This document shows, piece after piece, positions 62,989 through 64,000 of a stretch of DNA of 64,000 bases (its first letter is position 1; the number at the start of each line of letters is the position of its first letter). This stretch comes from a bacterium (GTDB lineage: Bacteria; Krumholzibacteriota; Krumholzibacteriia; LZORAL124-64-63): positions 1-64,000 of the forward strand of contig JANOEP010000039.1 in assembly GCA_031441465.1 (NCBI GenBank), given 5' to 3'. The position numbers were made by a program, and so were the translations under genes. The notes beneath the pieces are model-generated. The model searched no databases. It saw nothing but the letters and a program-made list of their open reading frames with translations, and was not told where the DNA came from.

Positions 62989-64000
62989 ATGCACAGGCGA
63001 TGCTTGTCGGCTCCGAATCAGAGCTACTTCCTGTTGGGACCTCGTGGGACCGGCAAGTCCACCTGGTTGAGGGCGCAGATGCCCTCGGCCTACTTCGTGG
63101 ATCTGTTGGATGAAGTCAAGTTCCAGCGGCTGCTGGCCAACCCTGGATTGTTCGCCGACGAATTGAGGGCGCTTGCCGCCGACCGCTGGATCGTCATCGA
63201 CGAGGTCCAGCGATTGCCGTCGCTCCTGAACGAGGTTCACCGCGCCATCGAAGAGAGGAAGACCCGCTTCGTGCTCTGCGGGTCGAGTGCGCGCAAGCTG
63301 AAGCGGGAGGGCGTCAACCTGCTGGCCGGCCGTGCCCTGCAGCGGTCGATGCATCCTTTCGTCCCCGAAGAACTCGGCGGCAGCTTCGATCTCGAATCGG
63401 CGCTGAGGTACGGGCTCCTGCCGCTCGTCTGGGGTTCGCCGGAGCGGGAGGAAACGCTGGCGGCCTACGCGCAGTTGTACCTGAAGGAGGAGATCCAGGC
63501 GGAGGCCGTGGTGCGAAACCTCCCCGGGTTCGCTCGGTTCCTGCCGATCGCGGCGCTCTGCCACGGCCAGACCGTGAACATGTCGAACATCGCCCGCGAG
63601 GCGGGCGTTGCGCGGACAACGGTCGCCGGCTACCTGGAAGTCCTCGAGGAGACCCTGCTCTGCTTCCGCGTGCCGGGCTTCGAGGCGAAACAGCGTGTGC
63701 GTGAGCGCAAACACCCGAAGTGGTACTGGTGTGATCCCGGCATCGTCAGGGCGATGCGCCGTTCGCGCGGCGTTCCCGGGTCCGAGGAACGGGGTGCCCT
63801 GTTCGAAGGCCTGGTGGCGCAAATCTTGCGGGCCTACCGCGACTACGCAGGACTCTGCGACGACATCACCTACTGGTCGGCCGAAAGACGCAGCACGGAG
63901 GTCGACTTCGTCCTGTCCCGCGGCGACCGTTATGTCGCCGTCGAAGCCAAGGCCGGCACTACGTTCTCCGATAGCTGGTGCAAGGGTCTGCGGGCCATCG
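62989..64000 (+). CDS. AAA_14/DUF4143 ATP-binding protein (partial, runs off window; missing from ORF track)
   Basis: Translated by hand: MHRRCLSAPNQSYFLLGPRGTGKST...IDEVQR...GSSARKL...NLLAGRA...HPKWY..D.G...EVDFV...EAK. Confidence 0.88.
   Translation, partial: MHRRCLSAPNQSYFLLGPRGTGKSTWLRAQMPSAYFVDLLDEVKFQRLLANPGLFADELRALAADRWIVIDEVQRLPSLLNEVHRAIEERKTRFVLCGSSARKLKREGVNLLAGRALQRSMHPFVPEELGGSFDLESALRYGLLPLVWGSPEREETLAAYAQLYLKEEIQAEAVVRNLPGFARFLPIAALCHGQTVNMSNIAREAGVARTTVAGYLEVLEETLLCFRVPGFEAKQRVRERKHPKWYWCDPGIVRAMRRSRGVPGSEERGALFEGLVAQILRAYRDYAGLCDDITYWSAERRSTEVDFVLSRGDRYVAVEAKAGTTFSDSWCKGLRAI

Overview
Very GC-rich (roughly 70% by eye) Gram-negative bacterial chromosome segment. It probably comes from an FCB-group organism such as Candidatus Krumholzibacteriota/Latescibacterota; this is inferred from a C-terminal 'SWGxxK' motif protein and a FlgD-Ig-tailed giant protein. 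1-20.1 kb: the end of an IS-like element, then a leftward stress/envelope island (CIA30, three small outer-membrane beta-barrels, P-type ATPase, cupin, non-heme haloperoxidase, YtxG/YtxH-like pair, DUF3185, lmo0937, sll1863-like). The island carries two clear sigma-54 promoters with a shared upstream motif. Next to it are a divergent XylR_N/V4R sigma-54 activator frameshifted by an exact 10-bp duplication and a 2867-aa cyclic beta-1,2-glucan synthase (NdvB/Cgs). 20.1-31.5 kb: accessory genes with two deleted remnants (XRE HTH, nucleotidyltransferase), Ivy, a TonB-dependent receptor, DinB, a two-adaptor MacAB/TolC-type efflux cluster and GrpB. 31.6-40.7 kb: two convergent secreted proteins, one a 2757-aa six-module (A-A-B-B-A-A) surface protein. 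40.9-54.9 kb: thyX, hutU, Yip1, C1 peptidase, saccharopine dehydrogenase-like, two-subunit fumarase, Wzz/Wzx-like pair, tandem FKBP and a divergent membrane pyrophosphatase. 55.3-64 kb: group 3b [NiFe] hydrogenase operon continuing into a single-domain receiver, a GGxxNPF (RegB-like) kinase and a stand-alone ACT protein, then lipocalin, DUF2007 and a partial AAA+ ATPase. No rRNA, tRNA or CRISPR array was seen. All family assignments are from recognition of motifs, not database searches.
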